The position numbers were made by a program, and so were the translations under genes. A DNA stretch of 17,704 bases, taken from positions 1-17,704 of the forward strand of contig JBMFOP010000066.1 in the NCBI GenBank assembly GCA_049969675.1, written 5' to 3'. Origin of the DNA: Myxococcota bacterium. Lineage in GTDB: Bacteria; Myxococcota; SpSt-1050. Below the pieces are notes generated by a model. That model was not told the origin of the DNA. It made no database searches and was given only the letters and a program-made list of their open reading frames with translations. Positions 15,299 through 17,704 of the stretch are shown one piece after another; the stretch's first letter is position 1; every line of letters starts with the position of its first letter.

Positions 15299-15325
15299 AA
15301 AATGCTTTTGTTGATATAAAAATGA

Positions 15326-16828
15326 TTACCTCTTCTTAGGAATTTTCAGGATATTGCCAGGATATATCTTGTCCCCATGTTCCAATCCGTTCATCTCCAT
15401 TAATTCATTTAAATTGATATTATGTTTTCTGGCAATATCATAAGGGTTATCACCTTCCTCAACAATATATTCATTAGAGCTGATAGATATCTTTTTTGAT
15501 TTAGATTTTCTCTTCCTGTTTGCCTTTGCAATCTTCTTGTCATATCTCTTCTCGAGTTCCTCATCTAAAATATAGAGGGTTGGAATGATAAGTTTTGTCC
15601 CCTTAAAAAGAGTTGATTCTGCTTTAATCTGTGTATTGAATGCAATTATTGCTTCAACTGATGTCCCTTCCTTCTTTGCAAACTCCTTTAAAGATATTGT
15701 CTTGGAAATTATTACTTCTCGTTTTTCAATCCGCTTTTCAGGTGGAATAGATTTAAAATTTTGTAAGAAAATCTCCTTTGTCCCCTTTGGTATCCTTATA
15801 GTGTAGTTTGAGTCTGGGGGTGTAATCCCCCTTCTTATTGCTGGGTTGAGCATCCAGATAGAATAGTAGTCAGTAAGAGAGGCATTGGCAATAATTCTTA
15901 AATCTGTTGCCGGTGGCACATTAACTTCATCGTATTCAAATTCAACCTGATATTCTAAATCAGTAAAACCATACTTTTCTGGATTTGTAGTAATAAGTGC
16001 AGCCGCCATAAGTTTTGGGACATACTGTCTTGTCTCCCTTTTAATAAATCTCCTGTCCGAAATCTCCCAGAAATCATTTGTCTTTGCCTTAGAAATAGCC
16101 CGCAATATCCTCCCTTCACCTGCATTATATCCCGCCCACGCCAGCCACCACGAACCAAAGTATTTGTACAGGTTTTTCAGATATGCCATCGCTGCATAAG
16201 TAGATTTGATAGGGTCTCTACGCTCGTCAACCCAATAGTCTATCCTTAATCCATACTTCTTTCCTGTTGAAGGCATAAATTGCCATATACCTGCCGCACC
16301 ACTTCTACTCAGTGCAAATGGTGAGAATCCACTCTCAATCATTGCAAGGTATATGGTGTCCTGTGGGAGCTTGCTCTCTATTATTATATTTGCCAATAGC
16401 CCTCTGTATTTCCTTGATCGCTCAAGCCACCTGTGGAATATCTTCCTGCCTTTGCCTGTAAAATATTTTATAAATTGGGCGACATCCTCATTGTAGATTA
16501 CCGGTATATCAAAGCCTTCACTGGATTTCTTAGGCGCCTCATAATAAAAGAATGGAGGGGTATCAGCATATCCCATTCTCCCTTTGTCTATATAATAAGT
16601 TGAGAAGACCTTCTGGCTATTATATTGAAGATTTAATCTCTCTCGATCTATCTGATGTTCAAGGTGTTCATAATTCTTAAAATTTGGTTCATTGACTTTT
16701 ATGGATTCAAAAAAGCTCTCAAAATCTGTGAGAAAAGAGGTATCAGGAAGTTCCTCATCCTGTGAATATACCATAGATGAGATAAAGAAGAAAATCAATA
16801 CCGATATGAAAAGTACCTTACGCTCCAT
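15326..16828 (-). CDS. mltD: MltD-like lytic murein transglycosylase with LysM domains
   Basis: LAMIESGF, AAGIWQFMP, DERRDP, YNAGEG, ETRQYVPK; one degenerate and one clear C-terminal LysM (YIVEEGDNPYDIARKH). Start placed at ATG 16828 (MERKVLFISV..., signal peptide) rather than TTG 16864. Confidence 0.92.
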   Translation of the reverse strand: MERKVLFISVLIFFFISSMVYSQDEELPDTSFLTDFESFFESIKVNEPNFKNYEHLEHQIDRERLNLQYNSQKVFSTYYIDKGRMGYADTPPFFYYEAPKKSSEGFDIPVIYNEDVAQFIKYFTGKGRKIFHRWLERSRKYRGLLANIIIESKLPQDTIYLAMIESGFSPFALSRSGAAGIWQFMPSTGKKYGLRIDYWVDERRDPIKSTYAAMAYLKNLYKYFGSWWLAWAGYNAGEGRILRAISKAKTNDFWEISDRRFIKRETRQYVPKLMAAALITTNPEKYGFTDLEYQVEFEYDEVNVPPATDLRIIANASLTDYYSIWMLNPAIRRGITPPDSNYTIRIPKGTKEIFLQNFKSIPPEKRIEKREVIISKTISLKEFAKKEGTSVEAIIAFNTQIKAESTLFKGTKLIIPTLYILDEELEKRYDKKIAKANRKRKSKSKKISISSNEYIVEEGDNPYDIARKHNINLNELMEMNGLEHGDKIYPGNILKIPKKR

Positions 16829-16835
16829 ACCCTGA

Positions 16836-16864
16836 AAAATATTAAATAAATGATGTTCTGTCAA
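16836..16864 (-). promoter_or_regulatory. Putative sigma70 promoter of mltD (leaderless geometry)
   Basis: TTGACA (16864-16859)-N17-TATTTT (16841-16836)-N7-ATG. Confidence 0.55.
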
Positions 16865-16865
16865 A

Positions 16866-17483
16866 TTATAAGTATTTTTTTATCTCGTTTATTATATCAA
16901 ATCTGTCAATGAAGTTTGAGAAATAGTCAATCTTCTCTGTATTTAAGTCAAGGACCGGTGACAATGTATATCTATTTCTCCAACTTTTATAAAGCCTGTT
17001 AAGATATTCAATATATCTTTTATCAACTTTTACCTCGTATTCCCTTCCTCTTCTTTGAATTCTATTGATTATACAGGAACTGGAGCAGTGACAATATATC
17101 AGGAGTCTTGGCGGATTTATCTTATTTAATGCATCTTCATAGATAGATCTGTATAGATTAAAATCTCTCTTTGAGATGTAGTGTCTATTATAAAGGGCTG
17201 TGGCGAATATCTCAGCATCCTCATAAATCGTCCTATCAAGCAATATTAATTCATTGCTCTCTACAATCAGATTATAAAATTGAATCTTCTTTATAAGGAA
17301 GAAGAGTTGAGAATGAAATGCCCATCTCTTCATATCAGAATAAAAATCTTTGATATACGGATTCTGGTCCTGTGGTTCCATAAGAGACTTTATCCCGAGT
17401 TTTCTATTCAGGAAGTATGCGAGTGATGTCTTGCCACTGCCCATATTTCCGGCAATTGCAATATAGTTTGAACTAACTACCAT
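16866..17483 (-). CDS. Deoxynucleoside kinase (dNK, Dck/Dgk family)
   Basis: P-loop GNMGSGKT, NPYIKDFY.D..RWAFHSQLFFL, DRTIYEDAEIF, lid RIQRRGREYE. Confidence 0.95.
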   Translation of the reverse strand: MVVSSNYIAIAGNMGSGKTSLAYFLNRKLGIKSLMEPQDQNPYIKDFYSDMKRWAFHSQLFFLIKKIQFYNLIVESNELILLDRTIYEDAEIFATALYNRHYISKRDFNLYRSIYEDALNKINPPRLLIYCHCSSSCIINRIQRRGREYEVKVDKRYIEYLNRLYKSWRNRYTLSPVLDLNTEKIDYFSNFIDRFDIINEIKKYL

Positions 17484-17490
17484 AGATTGA

Positions 17491-17518
17491 ACAATAATAT
17501 ATAGACGAAAATTGTCAA
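17491..17518 (-). promoter_or_regulatory. Putative sigma70 promoter of the dNK gene (leaderless geometry)
   Basis: TTGACA (17518-17513)-N16-TATTGT (17496-17491)-N7-ATG; no SD. Confidence 0.55.
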
Positions 17519-17593
17519 AGAATAAATTTAATTTTCCTACTCTGCGAATTTTATGAATTTTATTTTTCAGATAAACTCACCACTATCAGTCAT

Positions 17594-17704
17594 TTATGTA
17601 TAATCGTTTTCCCCCAATATTGCAATAGATAAGCAGATACCTGTAATGATAAAGGCTATGAATGGGACAATAAGGGACATAAAGTCTTTCAAACATATAA
17701 TAGA
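17594..17704 (-). CDS. Possible 3' end of a membrane protein gene entering from outside the window
   Basis: Open frame from the edge, SIICLKDFMSLIVPFIAFIITGICLSIAILGENDYT*, with a TM-like stretch. A + strand gene starting near 17646 is an equally possible reading. Confidence 0.25.
   Translation of the reverse strand, partial: SIICLKDFMSLIVPFIAFIITGICLSIAILGENDYT

Noticed and set aside
13509..16158. Many short ORFs overlapping mnmG and mltD (and similar ones inside other long genes)
   Set aside because: Antisense or alternative-frame shadows of well-supported genes, without RBS or recognisable motifs.

Overview
AT-rich bacterial chromosomal window from a diderm: it encodes a FadL-type beta-barrel and five lipoproteins, and its Cys-rich and LVIVD surface proteins are reminiscent of deltaproteobacterial/Myxococcota lineages (an inference). 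Left to right: an intrinsic terminator; a decayed IS630 transposase fragment; a lipoprotein gluzincin metallopeptidase (M2/M3-like); a minus-strand dodecin (calcium-dodecin/Rv0379-like) - Smr endonuclease - PAS/class III adenylate cyclase cluster; a hairpin-rich ~600 bp intergenic region; a 28-Cys lipoprotein behind a sigma54-like promoter; a lipoprotein + FadL/OmpP1 barrel pair divergent from a 1641-aa Ig/FN3/LVIVD lipoprotein, with a CRP-like palindrome between them; a small lipoprotein; and housekeeping genes mnmG, mltD and a deoxynucleoside kinase. The best leads are the dodecin-Smr-cyclase operon, the CRP-like box that may link cAMP to the surface-protein locus, and a recurring TTGACA...-10...ATG layout suggesting leaderless mRNAs. 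No rRNA, tRNA, CRISPR array or intact mobile element was seen. All family calls come from motif recognition, not database searches.
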